This document shows positions 46,401 to 54,997 of a stretch of DNA of 64,000 nucleotides, piece by piece. The stretch is from a virus. The translations under genes and the position numbers were made by a program. Where the stretch lies: the IMG/VR virus record IMGVR_UViG_3300035661_000042, positions 1-64,000 of that record. The stretch is one strand, 5' to 3'. The notes beneath the pieces are model-generated. The model saw nothing but the letters and a program-made list of their open reading frames with translations. It did not search any database and had not been told where the DNA came from. Position 1 is the stretch's first letter. Each line of letters begins with the position of its first letter.

Positions 46401-48857
46401 GCTGTTGGTATGTACGTTGGTAATGCAAATATTCCTGCGGATACGACGATTGTTAGCATCGATGATGTCAATGAAATCACTATTTCAGCTGCTTGTACAG
46501 CAGATATTGATCGTGGTTCACTAACAATCGGTGCTGGTATTGGTATGGCAGTGTATGGAACTGGTGTTGCTGTTGGTGCTGTTATCACAAACGTTGCCGC
46601 TGGTGGCTTAACGATTACTGTTGATACAGCAAACACAGGTACAGTATCAGGCACACTGACATTTACAAACTTTGAGCAATCAAATGAAATTCAAGTAGTA
46701 TCGCAGGGTGCAAATAAAACTGCTACCAACTTGCTCCTGCAATCGAATACACTTGCTACAACGTGGGTAGCGACAACAATTACGCCATTGGCTGCGGCTG
46801 CAACCGGCGTTCACGATACGAACCTTGGTACAGCTGCAACACTATCTGCTTCAAAGTTGACACTGACCAGTACAACAGGAAACGTAACACAATCACCAGC
46901 AACAGCGATTGCAAGTAACTATACGTTTGGTGTTTGGTTGCGTACAGACTTGACCGCCGTACAAATTGCAGGTATCAGCGGTACAATTGGACTTGGTTCA
47001 AATACAACAGCATTTACTGTGACGGACACGTGGCAATATTTCTCTGTTTCGTTTACTGCTATTGCCACCACTACTGCCGCTACTATTACTGTTAACGGCG
47101 CATCGGGTAACTTCATTTATGTCAGCGGTGCATTTGTATCGATTGCAGCAAGTGCAACGACGTTGGCAGGAATGCCAATTGCAACATTAACAACAGCTGT
47201 TGCATTGAATCCGGCAGCACAGGAAATAACATTTGCATATGCATATTCGAGAAGTGCAAGTCAGTTTACAGGCAACCAAGGTGTTGATATTACACTCGCT
47301 GCTGCGCCAGCAGGCACTTTGTGGAGTGAACTCTACTTGGGTACAACATCAGGATTTACTCCATCGTTTACCAACAGAATTGGTACGACCCTTCCGTGCT
47401 CTGCATCGCTATTCAATTACAACGCTGGTGCGTCTGATAATGTAGTTGATACATTAGTAATCGAAGGGAACGGAGGAATATCAGGTGGTTTGGCTGCGGT
47501 TGTATTAGCAAACGCTTCTTCGCGCAACAAGTTCCTCAATTTCACAATCAATGCACCAACGTGGAATGCTGGTCAAATAGCAAACTTTGCTACGTTGTGT
47601 AACGACAATGTGTTCCATAATTGGAACCTTACGGGAATTAGGTCAAACTCTAACGTTGATTTGTTTACAACAGCTAACAACTGTTCTGGTCAATTTGTTC
47701 AGAACGTCGTAATCAACAGAGCACCAGATTTGCTTTCAAATATGCAGGCATTGAGTACAGAGTTTCGCAACGTAACAAGTGGTTCAAATGCTCCTCTAAC
47801 CACTACGACAACATATGTCCTCGGTGGTACAGACGGCGTTGCTGTGTCAGGTCTTGCACAATATGACTATATGTTCTTGGAACTAAACTTTTCCAGTAAC
47901 GAGGGAGCACTATTCCTGCGATTTAACGCCAGTGCAAAGGCTGTCAAACCATACACTATCACTGGCACTGCGAACTTTGACAACAACGGTAGACTGTATT
48001 TCAACGCAGTCAACGACAGTATTGAGATTGTATGGCCACACAAAATATACGGTGTATCTGGATTTCAAAACCGAAGAATCAAAGCGATTGGGGTTGATTT
48101 GGGATTAAGTGCGGATATATTAGAGTCATTGTACAAAGAGTACGCAATTGATACGGGATCTGGATACGGTGCATATAAGGAAATGACTCCTGCAAATATG
48201 TCGGCTGAAACGGTTTCAGCCAGTACTGGATTCTATTTCAAAGTACGGTTGACAGCTTTGTATGCCTTTAAGTATCCATCATTCACCAATGCGTACGTTG
48301 TTGGTGAAGTGATTAAAGGAGCAACATCACTTGCAACAGCCACAGTTGTACAAGATTACCGAGCAACAGCAACAACTGGTACAGTAATTTTGAGCGGAAT
48401 TACAAACGGTCCGTTTGCTCCTGGTGAAACCCTCGTAAGAAACTCTGATTCACAAGCTCGGAGTCCATCGACAGCTGTGGCGTCGGGCGCTGACTTACGA
48501 TTTAACTACCCATTCTTGGGATCATACATCGCCGGGTTGCAAATTCCTACAACAGTTAACGCATCTGTGCTATATCCGCCATATGAAGTTGCTGTAAACA
48601 TTGTACTCCAAAACGTTGTTGTTGGATCTCGCTACCGGATTGAAGTTGTATCCACAGGAGTGCTGCTGTTTGAAGGTACTGCTGCTGCATCAACCGTGAC
48701 AATTCCATATACGTGGACAGCCAACCTTGCGATCAAAATTCGTGTTCGCAAAGCAAGCACTGCTCCAAAGTATCAACCGTTTGAGACGCTGGGAACAATT
48801 ACAGAACAAGGTGTCATTGTATTTGTGTCACAAGTTCGCGACTTGGTCGTGCAATAA
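43491..48857 (+). CDS. very large multidomain virion/adhesin-like protein (1788 aa)
   Basis: six or more S.DG..WT.RT.PS...W..V.YG...FVA propeller-type repeats, Asn-rich beta-helix-like stretches, FN3-like segment (YEVYRGT..TYYYAL); ATAAATA at 43452-43458. Confidence 0.75.
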   Translation: MAAITVISSGNMDQSQNPIFMATGNTTTGNQSSPDAVSWTARTLPSAIAWTGLAYGLGLGVAIGTGVAGCATSPDGTTWTARTMPSAAVWYGVAFSGTRFVAVANGSTSAAYSDDGFNWTASTMSLSAAWKSIAYGNGTFVALDNVSGSNSLRTCTSTNGTTWANQTATITSTGTWTSITFGNGKFVAVCSGGTVAAESTDGVSWTARTLPSSKNWNSVCYGPAGFVAIPSDAANTAAAFSADGTTWVATVLPASTTWVAAAYGYGRYGAVSLSTTNAASSFDGKIWTARTQVSNAYVACQFFPFTWNSADTLTINNGATVTVNTDQPKFWNTIAITNGRLAIANAGTTLGSAITFSMGRVTGATANTITPGSGLGSITINGDWISLATGSGAANQSVTTPYTDYIAALWIETVSGSGVYEMWLNATGAYGSTTPVFNNGLSAVSTGNRGKFFKQTSNGTSGFDGPLTLTTASGVAATRIITVTSTTNLIPGASVTGTGLTANSVVQRIISATQFEVNLITSGAVSGSLTAYNPYRSQLTNQVIFGDGTNGNLVPTGANIRIPNILITDLTAGNIQTASGILSTSIVMTNGGTIQANICLFDESYNNFSQANSVSLTNVGFSLPFLISECYQFTATNLAFALTPVRRFYPGTFWTPRDNRTGYALAWSYISNANIQTFKMANNCGSGYIAAAASATAPGAHISLSYTSAATFNNCDLFSFNGAKASGSVGISATLGVINCNFTNFGLYGCQPLNLQTSSGNKMTNIRHSSDMFNGVTTLTTTQFRLYNDPSTGAALVDNTTYFLKVRSFRTWNDRSQYFEGSLVSFATQNGNKLLNVPRVSAISTAANTVRLDWEQKSPAAVVAIYEVYRGTSAGFAKSGAARLTNIVAAATITYVDATATTGTTYYYALRKHSLQYATIVASGGASGAFTITSASNMRTALGTTGNVATGKTGSTKILFAPGYVATTTLAVGMYVGNANIPADTTIVSIDDVNEITISAACTADIDRGSLTIGAGIGMAVYGTGVAVGAVITNVAAGGLTITVDTANTGTVSGTLTFTNFEQSNEIQVVSQGANKTATNLLLQSNTLATTWVATTITPLAAAATGVHDTNLGTAATLSASKLTLTSTTGNVTQSPATAIASNYTFGVWLRTDLTAVQIAGISGTIGLGSNTTAFTVTDTWQYFSVSFTAIATTTAATITVNGASGNFIYVSGAFVSIAASATTLAGMPIATLTTAVALNPAAQEITFAYAYSRSASQFTGNQGVDITLAAAPAGTLWSELYLGTTSGFTPSFTNRIGTTLPCSASLFNYNAGASDNVVDTLVIEGNGGISGGLAAVVLANASSRNKFLNFTINAPTWNAGQIANFATLCNDNVFHNWNLTGIRSNSNVDLFTTANNCSGQFVQNVVINRAPDLLSNMQALSTEFRNVTSGSNAPLTTTTTYVLGGTDGVAVSGLAQYDYMFLELNFSSNEGALFLRFNASAKAVKPYTITGTANFDNNGRLYFNAVNDSIEIVWPHKIYGVSGFQNRRIKAIGVDLGLSADILESLYKEYAIDTGSGYGAYKEMTPANMSAETVSASTGFYFKVRLTALYAFKYPSFTNAYVVGEVIKGATSLATATVVQDYRATATTGTVILSGITNGPFAPGETLVRNSDSQARSPSTAVASGADLRFNYPFLGSYIAGLQIPTTVNASVLYPPYEVAVNIVLQNVVVGSRYRIEVVSTGVLLFEGTAAASTVTIPYTWTANLAIKIRVRKASTAPKYQPFETLGTITEQGVIVFVSQVRDLVVQ

Positions 48858-48905
48858 TCACACACTACATAAATACCCCAACATACACCTTCGAGGACAA
48901 ATAAC

Positions 48906-51668
48906 ATGAGTGACGTAATTCTTTCCGGTGACTTCACAGTCTACTACACAGCAGATAACGCAAGAAAGCAAATCAAGTGGACGGGATCAGCTGCTGGAAC
49001 GAGGTCGTCCAACGAACTGTATTCAGCAATCCAAGACTTGTTTGACGAATTGACACAGTTGGATGACGGTATTCCAATGTCAGCACAAACACCAACAGAA
49101 TATACAATTGGTGCAATTGACGCTTCTGACACTGTGCCTTGGTTTATTGACGACGAAACAATCCAACATATCTACGGTGGTGCTATCAAGACTTCTCTGT
49201 GGACACGGATCACAGGTACACAGGCTGGTCTTGTCAAGGTTTCTGTCAGCGCAAACGCTGCGATTGTATATGCCGACATTGGTAATTCGATTTCAGCAAC
49301 TGCTGGTTCAACCTCGACTGGTGTTCTTGTTGATATGCGTGGATCTGGTGCAACTACTGTGCTGTATATTCGTCCAACGGATGCAACGGTAACACACGAC
49401 TGGACAGGTACAACGAACATCACATGTAACGCTCACGCAACAGGTGCAATGACTTGCACCGTCGCAACTGGTGAAGCACTGTGGGCAAACATTTACTCAC
49501 TGGGATCACTAACTGTTGATACTGGTAAGAACCCAACAGCCGACTTGTATGTGTACAAGAGTGGCACAAAGGTGCAACGACTGAATGCCGGTGCCGCAGC
49601 ATACCAATGGTGGCCAACGGGTCACATTGACATTCTGATGAAGGTGAAAGAGGCTGGTGCTACTCCATTCACTGCTACTACCTCTGCGTCCATCAACGTT
49701 ACTGGTATGTCAATTAACGCAGGTCTTCTTCGTGTTGGACAACCAATTTTTGGTTCTTCAATCCCAGCAGGTACGACGATTGCGTCAATTGTGTCAATCA
49801 ACGCAATCACGCTATCACAGGCAGCGACTGGTGCTTCTACAAACATCTATGTTAATACAATTGACGGTGGCTACGTAACTGTATTTGCACGTGAATACGA
49901 CAATACATATGACTACTTCACAGTGGATTTGAATTCTGGTGGTCGTAACCCAATCCCTCTGGCAACTGGTGACGACTTGAACAACCACACTGGTCTGCGT
50001 ATGTTCGTAGGATCGGCAGGATCAGGAACGTTCTCTGTTGGTGAAATCATCTACACGGGCGCTTCGCTGGCAGCAGCAACAGCGCGTGGTGTTATTACGG
50101 CTGTATCAGGAACAACTCCTACACAAACTGTACGATACTACTTGATTGGTGACTTGACCGAACTAACGGCAACTGTTACAGGCGCCGTATCTACTGCTAC
50201 TGCTACTGCTTTCAGCACTGCACCTATAACTTCAAACGCAACGTTCAACCCAGCAAACTTGACAGGAATGTCAGTATCGTTTGGCGCCTTTACGGACGAC
50301 ATTAACAACGGTAACGGCTCAAAATTGTACGGTATCCGGATTGATCCGGGTGTCAACCTGTATCCATTGGCCAATATGTATGAATGGACGAAGTTCATCA
50401 CACGCCGGGGATCACTCGATACAACCAATAACAACGGTATCAACGGCGAACGGTATATTGGTGCGGAAACGATTCTCACGTACACATCAGCTGGATTTGG
50501 TACATATGCAGCAGGCACAGTAGTATTCCAAGCAGCAACAGGTGCATTTGGTACAGTTGTTGCTCACGACAACGCTAATGCCGTTGCACAAGCTGGTGGC
50601 TTCACCAAGTTTGTTCTGTTGAGAAACGTACGTGGTTCCTTCAACGCATCGTCAATTACTGACGGAACCAATGCATTGGTTCCAACAGGTGTTAACACAT
50701 TTACACCTATCAAGCCAAATCCATATGGTACATTCGCTGGTGGCAAGTTCTTTGCTGCGCCTGGTGTTATGTTCCTACGTGCAAATTTGGCTGCTGGTGA
50801 CATTCAAGCTTATCAGTTGACGGCTCTTGATGCAACAACACAGGTTCCACCAAACATCATTGCAGTGTCGATCACTGGTCTCACTGCTGGTGATGCTGCT
50901 GGTGTATTTGCTACTCGGGCGGTTGTTGGTGTTGTGGATAAGGCATCGTACACAATGCCTTCTGTTGCAGCGTCCGGTGGTACAACAATTGTTGTCACTT
51001 CGGGTACTCGTACAGCTATTGCAACGGATGAACCACAAGTAGGATTCCTGCGTATTGTTAAAACGATTTCTGCTGGTGTCACACAAGAACATCGTTACAG
51101 GTATGCATCGTGGACGGGCACAACGTTCACGTTGTCACCAGTTACAACTGGTCAAGGTGCTGCTCTAACAGCAACTGCCGCTCAATATTGGAACAGCAAG
51201 ACAAACGCAGCCGACACGGGTGGTAATTTGCTTCGTGTAACACTTGGTACTGCAATCTCAACAGCGCAAGTATCTGTTGGTGATATGGTGTTCACAGCCG
51301 CATCTGGCACACCAACCACGACATTGTCAAATGGTTCAATTGTTAAGATTGAAGACACAACTCACATCTGGGTTCGTGTATTTGGTACAGTTACACTTGG
51401 TAACTGGTCTGGTGTGGGCAATGTGATCTCATTCAATACATTGGCAACAACGTATGCAAATACTGACAAGGTGTATGTCCCAATTATTGACTCGTACATT
51501 GCTGCTGGTACATCAATCAGCAATTCACTGATTTACACGTCAGACATCAACGTACTTGTTCGCGTACGGCAGGCTCGAAATATTCTACCTTTTGAACAAA
51601 GTACATCTGTTGGATCAACCGGTCTTACAGTATCAGCGATTAGGTCAACAGACACAATCATCACGTAA
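48906..51668 (+). CDS. large virion structural protein (920 aa)
   Basis: T/G/A-rich; C-terminal VRVR..PFE motif shared with the 1788-aa protein; ATAAATA at 48869-48875. Confidence 0.7.
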   Translation: MSDVILSGDFTVYYTADNARKQIKWTGSAAGTRSSNELYSAIQDLFDELTQLDDGIPMSAQTPTEYTIGAIDASDTVPWFIDDETIQHIYGGAIKTSLWTRITGTQAGLVKVSVSANAAIVYADIGNSISATAGSTSTGVLVDMRGSGATTVLYIRPTDATVTHDWTGTTNITCNAHATGAMTCTVATGEALWANIYSLGSLTVDTGKNPTADLYVYKSGTKVQRLNAGAAAYQWWPTGHIDILMKVKEAGATPFTATTSASINVTGMSINAGLLRVGQPIFGSSIPAGTTIASIVSINAITLSQAATGASTNIYVNTIDGGYVTVFAREYDNTYDYFTVDLNSGGRNPIPLATGDDLNNHTGLRMFVGSAGSGTFSVGEIIYTGASLAAATARGVITAVSGTTPTQTVRYYLIGDLTELTATVTGAVSTATATAFSTAPITSNATFNPANLTGMSVSFGAFTDDINNGNGSKLYGIRIDPGVNLYPLANMYEWTKFITRRGSLDTTNNNGINGERYIGAETILTYTSAGFGTYAAGTVVFQAATGAFGTVVAHDNANAVAQAGGFTKFVLLRNVRGSFNASSITDGTNALVPTGVNTFTPIKPNPYGTFAGGKFFAAPGVMFLRANLAAGDIQAYQLTALDATTQVPPNIIAVSITGLTAGDAAGVFATRAVVGVVDKASYTMPSVAASGGTTIVVTSGTRTAIATDEPQVGFLRIVKTISAGVTQEHRYRYASWTGTTFTLSPVTTGQGAALTATAAQYWNSKTNAADTGGNLLRVTLGTAISTAQVSVGDMVFTAASGTPTTTLSNGSIVKIEDTTHIWVRVFGTVTLGNWSGVGNVISFNTLATTYANTDKVYVPIIDSYIAAGTSISNSLIYTSDINVLVRVRQARNILPFEQSTSVGSTGLTVSAIRSTDTIIT

Positions 51669-51686
51669 GTTTCAAAGTGACCAAAG

Positions 51687-51712
51687 AAAAAAGGGACTTC
51701 GGTCCCTTTTTT
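51687..51712 (+). terminator. rho-independent terminator with UUCG loop, potentially bidirectional
   Basis: AAAAAAGGGAC-TTCG-GTCCCTTTTTT. Confidence 0.9.
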
Positions 51713-51756
51713 GTTACCCCGTACGTTGAAGATAAATACCCAACAAAGGAAAAAAC

Positions 51757-52116
51757 ATGGCGACTGAATCAGAAATCTTGGGTGATATCCAGCAAATATA
51801 CAGGAAGGTAGATCAATGCTACCGGTCGAAAGAAGATTTGGCAGCGCATATCGCAAAAGAGCAGGCTGGTATTGTTGAGTTGGAGCTGCTGATGAAGGCT
51901 GATGGCGAGCGTGTTGATTCAGGTAAGCGACCACGATATGATTCTGCTTCAATGCTGGCGAATATCGAGCGATTAGTGGACAATATTCACTTGTTTCAAG
52001 CAACAATCAAGCGCGAAGACGAAAACATTGCAACATTTCATAAGGTCGTCAAGGTGTTGCAAGAAGATATGGCTCGTCCAACAGAGCTAATTATTGACGC
52101 ATCGCCTGCACGATAA
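51757..52116 (+). CDS. hypothetical coiled-coil protein (119 aa)
   Basis: AAGGA SD; ATAAATA at 51732-51738. Confidence 0.65.
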   Translation: MATESEILGDIQQIYRKVDQCYRSKEDLAAHIAKEQAGIVELELLMKADGERVDSGKRPRYDSASMLANIERLVDNIHLFQATIKREDENIATFHKVVKVLQEDMARPTELIIDASPAR

Positions 52117-52124
52117 GGTAGAGA

Positions 52125-53045
52125 ATGGCTCTAATATCCACCATCACGATTGACTTTGACGCTTCCCCGCGAATCGTGCTAATCCCGCCGCCGCTGGTGT
52201 CAGTGACAGTTCAAGATTTGGTTGATACAATTCGCTATCTTGAAGCGGAAAACATCATATATCCAAAGATTGTAGATACAGCTGGTAAAACGTTCTTGTA
52301 TAACGACGGATTCGCTGACTTCTACACAGGTATCGTTGTAACCCTGCAAAATGCGCAGATTGCTTTTGGAGCACGCCCAGGTCCTGCATATGTTCAGTGT
52401 CAAATCGCGGCTGGCGACATTGTTGCTGTTGATGCAAATTCATTGCCTATTAGTCCTGTGTATCCAACAGCATTCACACAGCTTGTGATTTCTCAATCAA
52501 CATCCCCATCTATCGTTGTTACGTCCGGAGGCGTAGGAACACCGGCTGATGTGGCAAATGCTGTGTGGGATGCATCAATGTCAGCACACTTGGGTGCTGG
52601 GACGACAGGTGAAAAACTGAATTCAGCTGGTTCAGGCGGTGGGTCCAGCGACTGGACATCACCAGAACGTGAACAAATTCGCTTCCGGTTGGGATTAGAC
52701 GGAACACAGGCAACACCTGCAACAACGACAGGAACATTACCAAACGTTGCTTCAAAGGTATGGGAAGAGGTTGCCTTATCTCATATGACATCAGGTACAA
52801 CCGGTGAAAAACTGAACCTCACAAAAGCTGATACGGCAGCAATTGCAGTGTCTGTTGTTAGCATTGAAACGATGGTCAACACGATCTTGAAGTACGATAA
52901 GAACCGTACAAAAATTGACACAACCGCAAAGACATTGATTGTGTACGATAACGACGGTGTCACACCAATCCAAGTATTTAACTTGAAAGATGCCAGCGGA
53001 AACCCAAGTGTTGTAGAAAGCTACGAACGCATCCCAACACTGTGA
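52125..53045 (+). CDS. putative virion protein (306 aa)
   Basis: two VA..VW...H...GTTGEKLN repeats; C-terminus paralogous to 42868..43455. Confidence 0.65.
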   Translation: MALISTITIDFDASPRIVLIPPPLVSVTVQDLVDTIRYLEAENIIYPKIVDTAGKTFLYNDGFADFYTGIVVTLQNAQIAFGARPGPAYVQCQIAAGDIVAVDANSLPISPVYPTAFTQLVISQSTSPSIVVTSGGVGTPADVANAVWDASMSAHLGAGTTGEKLNSAGSGGGSSDWTSPEREQIRFRLGLDGTQATPATTTGTLPNVASKVWEEVALSHMTSGTTGEKLNLTKADTAAIAVSVVSIETMVNTILKYDKNRTKIDTTAKTLIVYDNDGVTPIQVFNLKDASGNPSVVESYERIPTL

Positions 53046-53053
53046 GATAACAT

Positions 53054-53587
53054 ATGTCCATACGCTCAATTATTACCAAGGGATTGGGCGGGCTTGCACG
53101 GTGGTTGGTCAAAGCTCGGTTTGACCTGGCTGATAATGACGGCACTCCACCCGTCATCCCTCCACAAATTCCTGGTAATGGTATATTCACCACAGCTTAC
53201 AGTCCACTAATCACGGGTGGATTGGGGACGTCTGCGTGTTGTGGATTGTTACTTGGTGGTATGGGAGCGTGGCAGTGCTTTGTTGGCATTACTCCACCTC
53301 CAACCGGTGGTGCAGGTGGAGGTGGTGGAAGCTATGCAATTCATCCAGGAATCTATGTTCCTTGGCCCAAAGCACAACTACGCAAGAAGAATACCCGAGC
53401 GATTGTAGTTACAGTGCGAATCAAGGAAAAGAAATGGACAAAGAGCTATCTGATTCCTGAAAAACGTGCAAAGATTGCAGTTCAAGCGATACATTTCATC
53501 AACAAAACAACCGCCGCATTGTCTGTTGGCGTATCAAGTGTCCACCGTGCAGCTCGCAAAGTTACGGCTGTGTTCAACAAAGAATAA
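53054..53587 (+). CDS. hypothetical protein (177 aa)
   Basis: IIT.GLG motif twice, Gly linker, basic C-terminus. Confidence 0.6.
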   Translation: MSIRSIITKGLGGLARWLVKARFDLADNDGTPPVIPPQIPGNGIFTTAYSPLITGGLGTSACCGLLLGGMGAWQCFVGITPPPTGGAGGGGGSYAIHPGIYVPWPKAQLRKKNTRAIVVTVRIKEKKWTKSYLIPEKRAKIAVQAIHFINKTTAALSVGVSSVHRAARKVTAVFNKE

Positions 53588-53611
53588 ATACCTGCTCACG
53601 AGGAAAAATCA

Positions 53612-54448
53612 ATGAGCGAACCAACAATCAAAATCAACCCAGCAAAAGCATGCGAAATCGAGTTCGAAGTATCCGTGCAAGGCTCGGAGGTATCGGAGCC
53701 ACCCATTGTGCGCTTCGTTATGAGCGGATGCGACGAGTACTTATGCACGTTTGAATGTGTAAAAGTCGAAGGGGTTAAGTGGTCTGTAAAGATTCCTCCT
53801 CTGTCACACTTCACAAAGACGACCGTTCCGTTTCACGTTGAAGTCATTGTTGATGGTTACTACTTTGAACCAGCCGAAGGCACAGTTCAATTGATCACAA
53901 ATCCGTCTGTTAAATTCCAACCAGTAGTAAGCGCAAAGCCAACTGTGACAACGTCATTTACTGTAAAGCAGGATGATGAAAAGCCAGCAAAACCTGAAAA
54001 GAAGGTATCAGAGGCGGCAAGTGCTGCAACAATTACTGGACAGTATGCACCAACTAATGGACTATTGAAGCCAGAAGAAGAACCAACACAAAGCAGCGTC
54101 AAGATTGGGAACGCAACGAAGGATGACGAACACATTGATCATACTCGTTTATCAGACATCAGCTCATCGGTTCTTCCTGGGGAAACAACTGATCCTGAAC
54201 CACAGCGTGGAAATAACGAGCCAAGCGGCGAAGAAGGTGATGACGAAGAGTTTGATCCAAAGCGCGTTGCAGAAGGCATCGTCAGCCGCACGATTGGTGG
54301 ATCCGCTCAAAAACCAACAACACAAGGCACCTTGTTCAAGCGTGGCAAAGACGGTAAGGCAGTGATTGAAGGTATCGATTCGCCTGCTGCAAAGGCTGAA
54401 AAAGCATCAAAAGCAGCCAAGGTGAAAGAAATCCTATCAGGTCAGTAA
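53612..54448 (+). CDS. hypothetical protein (278 aa)
   Basis: beta-rich N-terminus, charged low-complexity C-terminus; GAGGA SD; ATAAATA at 53584-53590. Confidence 0.65.
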   Translation: MSEPTIKINPAKACEIEFEVSVQGSEVSEPPIVRFVMSGCDEYLCTFECVKVEGVKWSVKIPPLSHFTKTTVPFHVEVIVDGYYFEPAEGTVQLITNPSVKFQPVVSAKPTVTTSFTVKQDDEKPAKPEKKVSEAASAATITGQYAPTNGLLKPEEEPTQSSVKIGNATKDDEHIDHTRLSDISSSVLPGETTDPEPQRGNNEPSGEEGDDEEFDPKRVAEGIVSRTIGGSAQKPTTQGTLFKRGKDGKAVIEGIDSPAAKAEKASKAAKVKEILSGQ

Positions 54449-54997
54449 TTACTGAACAAGTCCGTACCGGCGAAGCATTTCAACCAGCTTCAAAAGGTGC
54501 TTACACATTCCAGGAACTTGGTCTGGATTGACTGGTGGACGATTTGTCTTGCGTTGATACAATGGCGGCGGTTTCCCGACAAGTGATTTATCCTGTGCAT
54601 TGTAGTTTGCAAAGCGGTAGTGGAAGTCCAAACAGTTACAACGCACCTTGACTGTATGTCCGGTAAGTGCAAGCGGCTGGACGTGATAATCCTCTCCATC
54701 ACTCGCTTGGAACGTTGCATTAGATTCGGTATCTTCCGGTTCGAACTGAACCTTCATAAACTGCAACGCTTGTTGGTACTGATGGCCGTTACTGGCTGAC
54801 AAAGACTTGACGTGCAACATCTTCATACCAATGTACGGCATATACTGCACATTAGACACAACAACTTCACCGGTTGCATGCTGGCGCTTGCGGGTGTTAG
54901 GGAACGCTTGAACAATGTTTTGTTCCAAATCAGGAACGGAAGAAGCCTCTTCCAATTGTTGAAGGATACGTTCCCCACGAAGTAAAAAGAAGGTCAT
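54449..54997 (-). CDS. SWIM-type zinc-finger protein
   Basis: VRCNCLDF...GMCKHL (CxC-xn-CxH). Confidence 0.7.
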   Translation of the reverse strand: MTFFLLRGERILQQLEEASSVPDLEQNIVQAFPNTRKRQHATGEVVVSNVQYMPYIGMKMLHVKSLSASNGHQYQQALQFMKVQFEPEDTESNATFQASDGEDYHVQPLALTGHTVKVRCNCLDFHYRFANYNAQDKSLVGKPPPLYQRKTNRPPVNPDQVPGMCKHLLKLVEMLRRYGLVQ

